This document shows positions 9,425-19,131 of a stretch of DNA of 64,000 nt, in pieces. Numbering within the stretch: position 1 is the stretch's first letter; every line of letters starts with the position of its first letter. Position numbers and translations under genes: made by a program. The DNA is from an uncultured Alphaproteobacteria bacterium. GTDB taxonomy: Bacteria; Pseudomonadota; Alphaproteobacteria; HIMB59; GCA-002718135. The DNA lies in the NCBI GenBank assembly GCA_902620425.1, contig CACNHX010000002.1, positions 4,804 through 68,803 of the forward strand, written 5' to 3'. The notes under the pieces were generated by a model that made no database searches, was not told the origin of the DNA, and worked only from the letters and a program-made list of their open reading frames with translations.

Positions 9425-10075
9425 CTACTTTTTTGTTTTAATAGGCGTTTTTCTCTTTGGATTACAAACCTTGCATATTTCACACTCCAAACCATAACAA
9501 CTTCTTGCCTGACAAAATTCTCTTCCATAAAATATTATTTGTAAATGAAGTTTGTTCCAAGATTTTTTTGGAAAAAGATACTTTAAATCTTTTTCTGTTT
9601 GGACAACATTTTTACCATTTGTTAAACCCCAACGTTGAGCTAAACGATGAATGTGCGTATCAACTGGAAATGCTGGATGACCAAATCCTTGAGACATAAC
9701 AACACTGGCTGTTTTGTGACCAACACCTGGCAACTTTTCTAATTCTTCAAAACTTTCTGGAACATTGCCTTTAAATTTTTTTACAAGAATTCTTGATAGT
9801 TCAAAAATTGCTTTTGATTTTTGAGGTGCCAAACCACAAGGGCGAATAATATTATAAATTGTTTTTTTTGGCACTTTTGTCATTTTTATAGCTGTGTTAG
9901 CTTTTTTAAATAGTATTGGTGTAACTTGATTAACTCTTTCATCTGTACATTGAGCACTAAGAAGTACAGCTACAACTAATTCAAATTTATTTTTGTGGTT
10001 AAGAGGAATAGGTACTTTTCTGTATATACGATTTAGTATTCTAGAGATCTCTTGTGCCTTCTCTATTTTTTTCAC
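9425..10075 (-). CDS. nth: Endonuclease III
   Basis: LLSAQCTD, HhH motif LPGVGHKTA, VDTH, C-terminal 4Fe-4S Cys cluster. GTG start with GGAGGAGG Shine-Dalgarno (10085-10092, minus strand). Confidence 0.95.
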   Translation of the reverse strand: MKKIEKAQEISRILNRIYRKVPIPLNHKNKFELVVAVLLSAQCTDERVNQVTPILFKKANTAIKMTKVPKKTIYNIIRPCGLAPQKSKAIFELSRILVKKFKGNVPESFEELEKLPGVGHKTASVVMSQGFGHPAFPVDTHIHRLAQRWGLTNGKNVVQTEKDLKYLFPKKSWNKLHLQIIFYGREFCQARSCYGLECEICKVCNPKRKTPIKTKK

Positions 10076-10106
10076 TATATCAAGCCTCCTCCAAGGGTAT
10101 GTCTAA

Positions 10107-10156
10107 ATTAATACTAATAATTATGACAAAATATAGCACTTATTAATACTAATAAT
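10107..10156. repeat. 15-bp perfect direct repeat ATTAATACTAATAAT in the nth/ABC divergent intergenic region
   Basis: Copies at 10107-10121 and 10142-10156 (period 35 bp). Confidence 0.7.
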
Positions 10157-10216
10157 ATTGAATATTTCCATTGAAGTTGTATGGGTCTACCATCAAATTT
10201 CTATGGAGGAAATAAT

Positions 10217-11791
10217 ATGAAAAAGACTTTAAGCATTGTTTTGTCTTTGCTTTTCATGGGTATTTTCTCACCAGCATTTGCAAACACTATTAAATGGTCA
10301 ATGCCTGGTGACTCTTTAACTCTTGATCCGCATGCACAAAACGAAGGACCAACTCACATGGTTTCGCGTCAAGTATATGAAGGTTTAGTAACTCCAGGTA
10401 TTAATATGGAAATACTTCCTCAGCTTGCTGAATCATGGAAAACAACTGCTGATGACACTTGGATATTTACAATTCGTAAGGGTGTAAAATTTCATGACGG
10501 ATCAGATTTAACAGCTAGTGATATTGCTTTTAGTATCAATAGAGCAAAAACTGCTCCATCTGATATGGTAGATTTAATTAAAAGCATTAAATCAGCATCA
10601 GCATTAACTGATCACACAGTTCAGATTGTAACAGATGGACCAAATCCAATTCTTTTAAATCAATTAACTCAGATATTTGTTATGTCTGAAGATTGGGCAA
10701 AGGCAAATGGTTGTGAAGTTTCATACAACTGGGATGCAGGTGAAACATCTTATTGTGCTTCTAATGCAAACGGAACTGGACCTTTCAAAATTACTTTTAG
10801 AGAACAGGACGTAAGAACTGTTTTTGAAAAAAATAATGATTGGTGGGGTGATGATAGTACTTTCAATGTAGATACTATTGAATTACTTCCAATTGCAAAT
10901 GATGCAACAAGAGTTGCAGCACTTCTATCTGGAGAAATTGACTACACAAACGTTGTTCCTGTTCAAGATATTGAGAGAATCAAATCTTCCGCTGGACATG
11001 GTGTAAAAATGACTCCTCAAAATAGAACAATATTTTTTGGAATGGATCAAGGTTCTGCTGAATTAAATTCATCTAATATCAAAGGTAAAAATCCTTTTGC
11101 AGATAAAAGAGTTCGTTTAGCTATGTACCATGCTTTAGATATGGAAGCTATTAAGGATAAGGTAATGAGAGGACAAAGTGTTCCTGCAGGAATTATCACT
11201 GCTCCTGGTGTAAACGGTCACACAGCTGCACGTGATGAAAGATTACCTTATGATCCAGAGCTATCAAAAAAACTATTAGCAGAAGCTGGTTATCCAGATG
11301 GATTTGAGGTTACACTAGATTGTCCAAATGATCGTTATATTAATGATGAAGCAATCTGTGTTGCTGCAATTGGTATGTTTGCTAAAATTGGAGTTGATGT
11401 AACTCTTGATGCAAAAACTAAAAGTCAACACTTCTCAGAAGTTAAAGAAGGTGACGCAAACGGTATGACAAGTGACATGTACATGTTAGGTTGGGGTGTT
11501 CCAACTTTTGATAGTCATTACGTATACTCGTACTTATTTGATAGTGCTGGTAGCTGGAATAAAGTTAATTTCAGTAATGCTAGAGTTGATGAGTTAGTAG
11601 CCGCAATGGGTGTTGAAACAGATCAAGATAAAAGAAATGCTATGATTGCTGAAGCTTGGGATATTACTCAAGATGATGTAACATATCTTCCTTTACATCA
11701 CCAAGTTGTCAACCAAGCATCAAAAAGTAATGTCGATGTTCCAATTAGAATGAACAACGAGCCATTATTTAGATTTGCAAACGTAAACTAA
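10217..11791 (+). CDS. ABC transporter substrate-binding protein, family 5 (Dpp/Opp/Nik-like)
   Basis: Signal peptide, LDPH, VYEGLV, P.LAESW, GVKFHDG, GTGPF, RVR.A, LLAEAGY. GGAGG SD upstream of ATG 10217. Confidence 0.92.
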   Translation: MKKTLSIVLSLLFMGIFSPAFANTIKWSMPGDSLTLDPHAQNEGPTHMVSRQVYEGLVTPGINMEILPQLAESWKTTADDTWIFTIRKGVKFHDGSDLTASDIAFSINRAKTAPSDMVDLIKSIKSASALTDHTVQIVTDGPNPILLNQLTQIFVMSEDWAKANGCEVSYNWDAGETSYCASNANGTGPFKITFREQDVRTVFEKNNDWWGDDSTFNVDTIELLPIANDATRVAALLSGEIDYTNVVPVQDIERIKSSAGHGVKMTPQNRTIFFGMDQGSAELNSSNIKGKNPFADKRVRLAMYHALDMEAIKDKVMRGQSVPAGIITAPGVNGHTAARDERLPYDPELSKKLLAEAGYPDGFEVTLDCPNDRYINDEAICVAAIGMFAKIGVDVTLDAKTKSQHFSEVKEGDANGMTSDMYMLGWGVPTFDSHYVYSYLFDSAGSWNKVNFSNARVDELVAAMGVETDQDKRNAMIAEAWDITQDDVTYLPLHHQVVNQASKSNVDVPIRMNNEPLFRFANVN

Positions 11792-11803
11792 TAATTTTTA
11801 TAT

Positions 11804-11829
11804 TTTCTGGCCAGTAATCTGGCCAGAAA
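11804..11829 (+). terminator. Intergenic stem-loop after the SBP gene (mRNA stabiliser or partial terminator)
   Basis: TTTCTGGCCAG-TAAT-CTGGCCAGAAA, perfect 11-bp stem; no strong U-tract. Confidence 0.65.
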
Positions 11830-11836
11830 TTAAACC

Positions 11837-12814
11837 ATGTTAAGCTATTTCTTTAAAAGACTCTTTCAATCTATTCTTGTAATGATTGTTGTAGCTTTTG
11901 TTTCATTTTCCTTATTTAATTTTGTTGGTGATCCAGTAAATAGTATGACTGGAGAAGATGCTTCAGATGAAAGACGTGCTGAGGTTAGAGAAGTATTGGG
12001 TTTAAATGATCCTGTTTACGTTCAATTTACACGTTTTATAGGAAATGTAATTCAAGGTGATTTTGGAATATCATACCAATTAAAAAGAGAAGTTTCCGAC
12101 TTAATTGCAGAAAGAATGCCTGCAACTTTAGAATTAGTTTTTGTCTCCGCTTTAATTGCAATCATCAGCGGTGTTATCTTGGGTGTATATACTGGTATTT
12201 ATAGAGACAGTTTTATTTCTAATATTATTCTTGTGATTTCTCTGGCAGGGGTATCTTTACCAACATTCATTATAGGAATAATGTTAATTTATTTGTTTTC
12301 AGTAATTTTAGGAGTTCTTCCATCCTTTGGAAGAGGAGAAGTCACACAATTAGGTTTTTGGACTACAGGATTTTTAACTACTTCTGGTTTAAAAGCACTG
12401 ATACTACCATCTGTTACGTTAAGTTTATTTCAAATGACTTATGTAATTAGATTAGTTCGAGCTGAAATGATGGAAATTTTACAGACAGATTATATTAAAT
12501 TTGCAAAAGCAAGAGGCATAAAAAGGAGTGTTATTAATTATAAGCATGCGCTCAAAAATGGATTAATTCCAGTTATTACTATAACGGGTATCAACATCGG
12601 AACGTTGATTGCTTTTTCAATTATTACAGAAACAGTTTTTCAATGGCCAGGCATGGGGTCATTATTTATCAAAGCAGTATACTTTGTCGATATTCCTATA
12701 ATGTCAGCATATATGATCATGGTAGCTTTTATATTTGTTATGATAAATTTTATTGTAGACATCACATACTATTTTATTGATCCTAGAATTAGGCTTAAGG
12801 AAGAGAGTAGTTAA
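11837..12814 (+). CDS. ABC peptide-type transporter permease (DppB-like)
   Basis: GDP, LGLNDP, GDFGIS, RMPATLEL, EAA-like DYIKFAKARG, ETVFQWPGMG. Confidence 0.93.
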   Translation: MLSYFFKRLFQSILVMIVVAFVSFSLFNFVGDPVNSMTGEDASDERRAEVREVLGLNDPVYVQFTRFIGNVIQGDFGISYQLKREVSDLIAERMPATLELVFVSALIAIISGVILGVYTGIYRDSFISNIILVISLAGVSLPTFIIGIMLIYLFSVILGVLPSFGRGEVTQLGFWTTGFLTTSGLKALILPSVTLSLFQMTYVIRLVRAEMMEILQTDYIKFAKARGIKRSVINYKHALKNGLIPVITITGINIGTLIAFSIITETVFQWPGMGSLFIKAVYFVDIPIMSAYMIMVAFIFVMINFIVDITYYFIDPRIRLKEESS

Positions 12815-12815
12815 A

Positions 12816-13739
12816 ATGCTACTTAAAACGTACAATAAAATATATGATACTGATATTGGATACAGTTTCTTTAACTCTAAATTAGCAGTAATTTCTTCAA
12901 CAATATTTTTTATTATACTTTTTTGTTCTGTATTTGCTGGGATAGTTGCACCTTATAATCCTTTTGATCCAGCATCAGTTTCTTTAATGGATGCCTTTAC
13001 CCCACCGGTATGGTCGGAGGGAGGAAGTTTTAGCTTCATATTAGGAACTGATCAGCAGGGAAGAGATATGTTTTCAACAATGATTTATGGTTCAAGAATT
13101 TCACTGATCGTTGGTTTTGCATCTATAATTTTTGCAATGATACTTGGAGTTTTTCTTGGAATAACAGCTGGATATATTGGTGGTAGGTATGAGATTATTG
13201 TAATGCGTCTTACAGATGTGCAGTTAACTATTCCAAGTATTTTAATGGCTTTACTTGTTGATGGTATTGCAAGGGCAATTATCTCACAATCAATGCATGA
13301 CGAAATGGCAATTTATGTTTTGATTTTCGCCATTGGTATTTCAGAATGGCCTCAGTTTGCAAGAGTATCGAGAGCATCAACCTTAGTTGAAAAAAATAAA
13401 GAGTATGTCTCAGCTTCAAGAATTATTGGATTATCAAATATATTAATTATGTTTAAGCATATTTTACCAAATATACTTCGGCCTATCTTAGTAATTGCTA
13501 CAATCGGATTAGCACTTGCTATTATTACAGAGTCCACCTTAAGTTTTTTAGGTGTTGGCGTTCCACCAACAACACCTTCTCTTGGGACTCTAATAAGGTT
13601 TGGGAATAATTTTTTATTTTCAGGTGAGTGGTGGATTACTTTTTTTCCAGCAATTTTCTTAATTGTTTTAGCATTATCAATTAATTTATTAGGTGATTGG
13701 ATGAGAGATGCTTTAAATCCAAAATTAAAAAAGAGATGA
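12816..13739 (+). CDS. ABC peptide-type transporter permease (DppC-like)
   Basis: LGTDQQGRD, YGSRISL, HILPN, LSFLGVG, NLLGDWMRDALNP. Confidence 0.93.
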   Translation: MLLKTYNKIYDTDIGYSFFNSKLAVISSTIFFIILFCSVFAGIVAPYNPFDPASVSLMDAFTPPVWSEGGSFSFILGTDQQGRDMFSTMIYGSRISLIVGFASIIFAMILGVFLGITAGYIGGRYEIIVMRLTDVQLTIPSILMALLVDGIARAIISQSMHDEMAIYVLIFAIGISEWPQFARVSRASTLVEKNKEYVSASRIIGLSNILIMFKHILPNILRPILVIATIGLALAIITESTLSFLGVGVPPTTPSLGTLIRFGNNFLFSGEWWITFFPAIFLIVLALSINLLGDWMRDALNPKLKKR

Positions 13740-15454
13740 GTTTTTTAGAAGTTAAAAATTTAAACATCAGTTATCCAACACGAAAGGAAACTATTGTTGC
13801 AAGCAAAAATGTAGAATTTTCTTTAGAAAGAGGTGAAATATTAGGAATTGTAGGTGAGTCTGGATCTGGAAAATCTACAATTGCAAATGCGATAATTAAC
13901 TTGATTGATCCTCCAGGTGAAATCACAGATGGCTCAATAAAAATAGACAATATTGAATTAAGAAGTAATGAAGAAATAATTCAAAATATTAGAGGAAAAA
14001 AAATAGGATTTATCTTTCAAGACCCTCAAACTTCATTAAACCCTCTGTTTAAAATAAAAGATCAATTAATTGAAACTATTCAGGCTCATTTAAATTTAAG
14101 TTATCAAGATTCACTTAAAAAATCAATTCAACTACTTAAAGAGGTTGGAATAGAGAACGCTGAAAAAAGAATAGAGGACTATCCACACCAATTTAGTGGC
14201 GGTATGCGTCAAAGAGTTGTGATAGCTTTAGCGATAAGTTGTGAACCTGACTTAATAATTGCAGATGAACCAACAACAGCTTTGGATGTAAGTATTCAAT
14301 ATCAAATATTAGAACTACTCAAAGATCTTACAAAGAAAAGAAATCTTGGTGTTATAATTATTACCCATGATATGGGAGTCATAGCGGAGACGACTGATAA
14401 AGTTATTGTCATGAGATACGGACATATTGTTGAACAAGGTGAGACGAAAGAATTATTAACAAATCCAAAATCAACAGAAGCAAGAAGCTTAGTAATTTCA
14501 GTGCCACCAACAAATAAGAAAATTGATAGATTTAAATTGATTAGCCCCGATGGTAAGGAAATAACATCTACTTCCAAGGATTTGACTCAAAATATTATTA
14601 AAACATGGGGCATTAGGGAAAATAAAAATCAAAAATTATTAAAACTTGAAGAAGTTACAAAAATTTTTGATGATAATTCTTTAGGTAGTGGTTTTTCATT
14701 TATTTCTAATAAAAGTTCTAATGATAAAATAGTTAAAGCTGTCGACAATGTATCTTTTGAATTATTCGAAGGCGAGACACTTGGATTAGTTGGAGAGTCT
14801 GGTTCAGGTAAATCAACTATTGCAAAGATTATTACTGGATTAATTGCACCTAACAAAGGTGATTTAATTTATAATAATGAACATCTATATAATTCAAATA
14901 AAAAATATCAAATTCATAATAGTAGAGGTCAAATTCAAATGATTTTTCAAGATCCTTACTCATCTCTAAATCCTCGTTTTAAAGTTAAGGATATTATTGC
15001 AGAACCAATTAAATTTTTTCAAAAAAATATTAGTAATAATGAACTTTTACAAAATGTTTATGACCTAATAGATATTGTGGGAATGACCAGACAATCTCTA
15101 GATCGATACCCGCACGAATTCTCAGGAGGGCAAAGGCAGAGAATATCCATTGCTCGTGCCTTGGCAACAAGACCAAGATTATTAATATGTGATGAACCAA
15201 CTTCTGCATTAGACGTAAGTATACAAGCTCAAATATTGAATTTATTAAAAGATATACAAGATGAACTTCATCTCACTATGCTATTTATTAGCCATGATCT
15301 TCCTGTAATTCGCCAAATGTGTAACCGGATAATTGTACTAAAAAATGGTGCTGTTTGTGAAACAAAAGATACAGAGGAATTGTTTAATAATCCTGAGCAT
15401 GAATATACGAAGGAATTAATTAGACTTATGCCTAAAATTGAATCAATTATTTAA
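13736..15454 (+). CDS. ABC transporter ATP-binding protein with two fused ATPase domains (DppD/DppF-like)
   Basis: Two Walker A motifs GESGSGKST, two signatures FSGG.RQR, two DEPT motifs. Confidence 0.93.
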   Translation: MSFLEVKNLNISYPTRKETIVASKNVEFSLERGEILGIVGESGSGKSTIANAIINLIDPPGEITDGSIKIDNIELRSNEEIIQNIRGKKIGFIFQDPQTSLNPLFKIKDQLIETIQAHLNLSYQDSLKKSIQLLKEVGIENAEKRIEDYPHQFSGGMRQRVVIALAISCEPDLIIADEPTTALDVSIQYQILELLKDLTKKRNLGVIIITHDMGVIAETTDKVIVMRYGHIVEQGETKELLTNPKSTEARSLVISVPPTNKKIDRFKLISPDGKEITSTSKDLTQNIIKTWGIRENKNQKLLKLEEVTKIFDDNSLGSGFSFISNKSSNDKIVKAVDNVSFELFEGETLGLVGESGSGKSTIAKIITGLIAPNKGDLIYNNEHLYNSNKKYQIHNSRGQIQMIFQDPYSSLNPRFKVKDIIAEPIKFFQKNISNNELLQNVYDLIDIVGMTRQSLDRYPHEFSGGQRQRISIARALATRPRLLICDEPTSALDVSIQAQILNLLKDIQDELHLTMLFISHDLPVIRQMCNRIIVLKNGAVCETKDTEELFNNPEHEYTKELIRLMPKIESII

Positions 15455-16597
15455 CTAATTAATAATAGGTAAATTTTCAGGAGTTCTAGTACTTAAAAGC
15501 TTATAGGAATTTTTAGTTATCAATAAATTTTCCTCTTGTACTAATATTTTATTTTCGTCCATTTCAATTGATGGTTCAAGAGTTATAATCATATTTTCCT
15601 CAAGTAATGTTTTGTCATTTTTCATAATACTTGGCGGCTCAGTCAGTTGTAAGCCTAAACCATGACCCATCCTTCCAACTGATATGTTGTTAATTGTTAA
15701 ACTATAAGATAATTTAGAATATATTTCTGAACAACTAGTTCCAGGTTTTATAATTTCTAAAGTTCTCTCAGTTGCTTCCCACAATTTATTATATGCATCT
15801 AGAACTTTTTTGTGAATTCTTCCAAAGCCAAAATTTCTATCAAAATCTGAAAAATAACCATTTAAAGTTGCACCGGTATCAATAATTAGAATATCACCAT
15901 TTTTAGTCACCCTTTCTGTTGGGTTACAGATAATCTGATTATAACCATTAAGTCCCGAAGCACACGCCATATATTGAATATAATCTGCACCACTCTCAAT
16001 TAATTCTTTTTTAAATATTGATGTAATTTGTTTTTCACTCATTCCTAAATTAATTTTTTCAGGAAAATTATCAAACACCTTACTTGTAATAGAACAAATT
16101 TCTTTGATATTACTGATCTCTATTTCAGATTTTATTTTTCTTATACTCCAAAGTATTTTACTAGCATCAACAAAATTATATTCTGATAAATTTTTTTGAA
16201 TATCCTGATAATCGTTAATACTCATTCGCAAAAAAGTTTCATTTCCTAATTCAAAACCAATATTTGAATTTTTAGGAAAACTTTTGATGTTTTTTTTCAA
16301 TAAAGATATTCCTTCATCTTTCGGATTTGGAGACTCCCAAGTTTCGATATCATTGACTAATGTTTTTTGCATTGCTGTAATACCAATAGATGGTATTATA
16401 GCTTTAATTGGATTTTTTTTTGAAATAATCAAATACCAAGGTCTTGTAGGACTTTCCCAAAAATTACTATCAAGTCCAGTTAAATATCTAAAATTTGACG
16501 GTGAAGTTATAATAACTGCATCAATATTTTCTTTTTCAATATGTATTTGTATTTTTTCAATTCTGTTAATAAATTCTTCTTTTGGAAAATCATTCAT
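15455..16597 (-). CDS. M24 (Xaa-Pro peptidase/creatinase-fold) metallo-hydrolase
   Basis: Creatinase_N-like start; metal ligands IDTG..GYFSD, GHGLG, TLEPS, QEEN. Confidence 0.85.
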   Translation of the reverse strand: MNDFPKEEFINRIEKIQIHIEKENIDAVIITSPSNFRYLTGLDSNFWESPTRPWYLIISKKNPIKAIIPSIGITAMQKTLVNDIETWESPNPKDEGISLLKKNIKSFPKNSNIGFELGNETFLRMSINDYQDIQKNLSEYNFVDASKILWSIRKIKSEIEISNIKEICSITSKVFDNFPEKINLGMSEKQITSIFKKELIESGADYIQYMACASGLNGYNQIICNPTERVTKNGDILIIDTGATLNGYFSDFDRNFGFGRIHKKVLDAYNKLWEATERTLEIIKPGTSCSEIYSKLSYSLTINNISVGRMGHGLGLQLTEPPSIMKNDKTLLEENMIITLEPSIEMDENKILVQEENLLITKNSYKLLSTRTPENLPIIN

Positions 16598-16646
16598 AAA
16601 TTGATAAGTAAGATAACATTAACATAAATTAACAATAAGAAATACT

Positions 16647-17063
16647 TTGATCTATTCATCATTATTTATTTTTTGTTTGTGTTTAGGCACTTTTTTTCCT
16701 TTTGCTTCAGAGACATATTTATCTGCACTATTATTATCTAATAATTATAATCCATTTTTATTATTATTTTTTGCTTCAGCAGGTAATATTTTAGGATCTC
16801 TAATCAGTTGGATATGTGGTTACTTTGTAAATTTTCTTATTAAGAAACCTTGGTTTCCAGTAAATAAATATTTATTACAAAAAGCTACAGATATTTTCAA
16901 AAAGTATGGAAAATGGTCATTATTATTTTCATGGGTGCCTATTATTGGAGATCCAATCGCATTTGCAGCAGGTACAGTAAAATATAATGTTACTTTTTTT
17001 TTAATATTTGTATCTATTGGGAAAATTGCTAGATATTTGATAATATATTTATATCTTATTTAA
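16647..17063 (+). CDS. YqaA-family (DedA/VTT) membrane protein
   Basis: PFASE, GNILGS, KYGKWSLLFSWVPIIGDP, GK..RY. Confidence 0.85.
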   Translation: MIYSSLFIFCLCLGTFFPFASETYLSALLLSNNYNPFLLLFFASAGNILGSLISWICGYFVNFLIKKPWFPVNKYLLQKATDIFKKYGKWSLLFSWVPIIGDPIAFAAGTVKYNVTFFLIFVSIGKIARYLIIYLYLI

Positions 17064-17069
17064 ATTGTG

Positions 17070-18029
17070 ATGTTTGAAAATTTTATATTTGTTTTCATTA
17101 TTGGTTTTTTATCTGGAGTTGGTTTTTTATCAATTTTATTTTTTCTTCGCAAAACAAAAAGTTCTGAAATAAAAGATGATACTGATCTTATTTCCTTAAA
17201 AAATCACATGCAATCAATTCAGCAATCTTTACAAAATTTTAATTTAGCTCAAGATAGAATTGAGAATACATTAATTAGAGGTGGTGCGCTTCAACAAGGT
17301 CCTTGGGGAGAATTTGTACTTAAAAATATTTTAGATAGTGTTGGTTTAAGAGAAGGAGAAGAGTATTCAACTCAAAAAACTTTTAGAGATGAAGATGGTA
17401 ATTTACAAAAACCAGATGTAATTGTTCATATGCCAGGTAATAGACACATAATTATAGATTCAAAAGTATCCTTAGATTCTTGGCATGATTATTCTAATAC
17501 AAATGACAATCAACAAAAGAAGATATTTTTGAAAAAATTTTTGGATTCAACAAAAACTTCGATTAGAAGTTTGAGTAAAGATAATTATTCAAAAATATAT
17601 GGAATCAATACAATTGATAATGTTTTAATGTTTGTTCCAATAGAACCAGCATTACTTACTTTATATAATGAGGCAAATAAACTTATCGAAGATTCATGGA
17701 GCAATAAAATAATTATTGTTGGTCCATCAACTTTACCCTTTTTACTTAAAGCTGTAGAAAATATGTGGCGGGTTGATAAACAATCTAAAACAATAAAAGA
17801 TATAGCATCAGCTGCATCGGATATTTATGATAAAACAGTAAGTGTATATGAGTCGTTTGTAAAAGCTAATCAGTCAATAGATTTAGCTAAATCAAAAATG
17901 GATGAAGCTAAACAAAGATTGCAAGATGGTTCAGGAAGTTTGACTAAAAAAGTAGAAAAGATGAAAAAATTAGGAAGATTAAGTACTAAAAAACAGTTGC
18001 CAGATATAAATGACGATGTAATAAACTAA
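17070..18029 (+). CDS. rmuC: DNA recombination protein RmuC family
   Basis: N-terminal TM, QGPWGE..L..IL, PDVIVHMP, IIIDSKVSL, MFVP.E, GPSTL. Confidence 0.88.
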   Translation: MFENFIFVFIIGFLSGVGFLSILFFLRKTKSSEIKDDTDLISLKNHMQSIQQSLQNFNLAQDRIENTLIRGGALQQGPWGEFVLKNILDSVGLREGEEYSTQKTFRDEDGNLQKPDVIVHMPGNRHIIIDSKVSLDSWHDYSNTNDNQQKKIFLKKFLDSTKTSIRSLSKDNYSKIYGINTIDNVLMFVPIEPALLTLYNEANKLIEDSWSNKIIIVGPSTLPFLLKAVENMWRVDKQSKTIKDIASAASDIYDKTVSVYESFVKANQSIDLAKSKMDEAKQRLQDGSGSLTKKVEKMKKLGRLSTKKQLPDINDDVIN

Positions 18030-18033
18030 ATAA

Positions 18034-18519
18034 ATGCCTAGTTTTGATATTGTAAACAGATTAGATCATCAAGAAATTGATAACGCACTAGGAAATGCGA
18101 CAAGAGAAATTACCACCAGATACGATTTTAAAGGATCAGATACTTCAATTGAAAAAAAAGAAAATACTATAGTTGTTATTACTAATGATGAAATGAAAGC
18201 TGGTCAAGTAAATGACATGCTCGTTACTCATTTTGTTAGACGAAAAGTTGATCCTTTATGTTTAAAAAAAAATGATATGGAAAAAGCGGGGGGAAATAAA
18301 ATTCGTCAGACGTATGAATTAGTAGAAGGAATTGAGCAATCCCTGTGTAAAAAAATTACTTCTGATGTCAAAAGTTCTAAATTAAAAGTTCAAGTAAAGA
18401 TAAATGGGAATGAACTTCGTGTTGAAGGAAAGAAAAAAGATGATTTACAAAGTGTAATGAAGCTTATTGAGAATGCTAAGATAGGTATACCAGTCCAATT
18501 TGTAAATTTTAGAGATTAA
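18034..18519 (+). CDS. yajQ: YajQ-family nucleotide/c-di-GMP-binding protein
   Basis: MPSFDIV, TRYDFKG, LRVEGKKKDDLQ, QFVNFRD. Confidence 0.93.
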   Translation: MPSFDIVNRLDHQEIDNALGNATREITTRYDFKGSDTSIEKKENTIVVITNDEMKAGQVNDMLVTHFVRRKVDPLCLKKNDMEKAGGNKIRQTYELVEGIEQSLCKKITSDVKSSKLKVQVKINGNELRVEGKKKDDLQSVMKLIENAKIGIPVQFVNFRD

Positions 18520-18522
18520 AAA

Positions 18523-19131
18523 ATGATTACATGGGAATTAATAGCTGCTTTAGCAGTGTATAATTTTATTATGTACGTAACTCCAGGTCCAAACAATAGT
18601 ATTTTAACTGCATCAGGTATAAAATTTGGATTTATAAGATCTATACCTAATATTTTTGGGATTCCTTCTGGTCATGGTTTGCAATTAGCACTTGTATGTC
18701 TAGGTCTTGGATCTTTGTTTATTACCTATCCTATACTTTATGATATTTTAAGATATGTTGGAGCAGGCTACATTCTTTATTTAGCATATAAAATGTTTGG
18801 GTCTTTAAATATTTCAAAGACTGAAGATAGATCAAGACCATTAAAATATCATGAAGCAATTTTGTTTCAATTTGTAAATCCAAAAGCTTGGGTAATCTGT
18901 TCAACTGCAGTAACATTATATTATCCAAAAGATGAAAATATAATAATTGGAACACTATTTATGGTTATTATGTCTACAGTAGTTAATATTCCTTCCATTA
19001 GTATATGGGCATATGGAGGAAGTGTTATCAGACAATATCTTAATAATGAAAAATTAAAAAAAATTGTTGAATGGTTTTTAGCAATCCTTTTAATTATAAC
19101 CGCAGGCTCAGTACTATTTTACAACGCTTAG
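18523..19131 (+). CDS. LysE-family amino-acid exporter
   Basis: TPGPNN, GAGYILYLA, FQFVNPKAW. Confidence 0.9.
   Translation: MITWELIAALAVYNFIMYVTPGPNNSILTASGIKFGFIRSIPNIFGIPSGHGLQLALVCLGLGSLFITYPILYDILRYVGAGYILYLAYKMFGSLNISKTEDRSRPLKYHEAILFQFVNPKAWVICSTAVTLYYPKDENIIIGTLFMVIMSTVVNIPSISIWAYGGSVIRQYLNNEKLKKIVEWFLAILLIITAGSVLFYNA

Noticed and set aside
10076-10216. Riboswitch, sRNA or tRNA in the longest intergenic gap
   Set aside because: No cloverleaf or recognisable aptamer consensus. The CCTCCTCC tract is explained as the minus-strand SD of nth. An Rfam/Infernal scan would be the decisive test.
15455-16597. DMSP lyase DddP
   Set aside because: It has the M24 fold but is shorter than DddP as I recall it and shows no DddP-specific N-terminal features I can recognise; left as a generic M24 hydrolase
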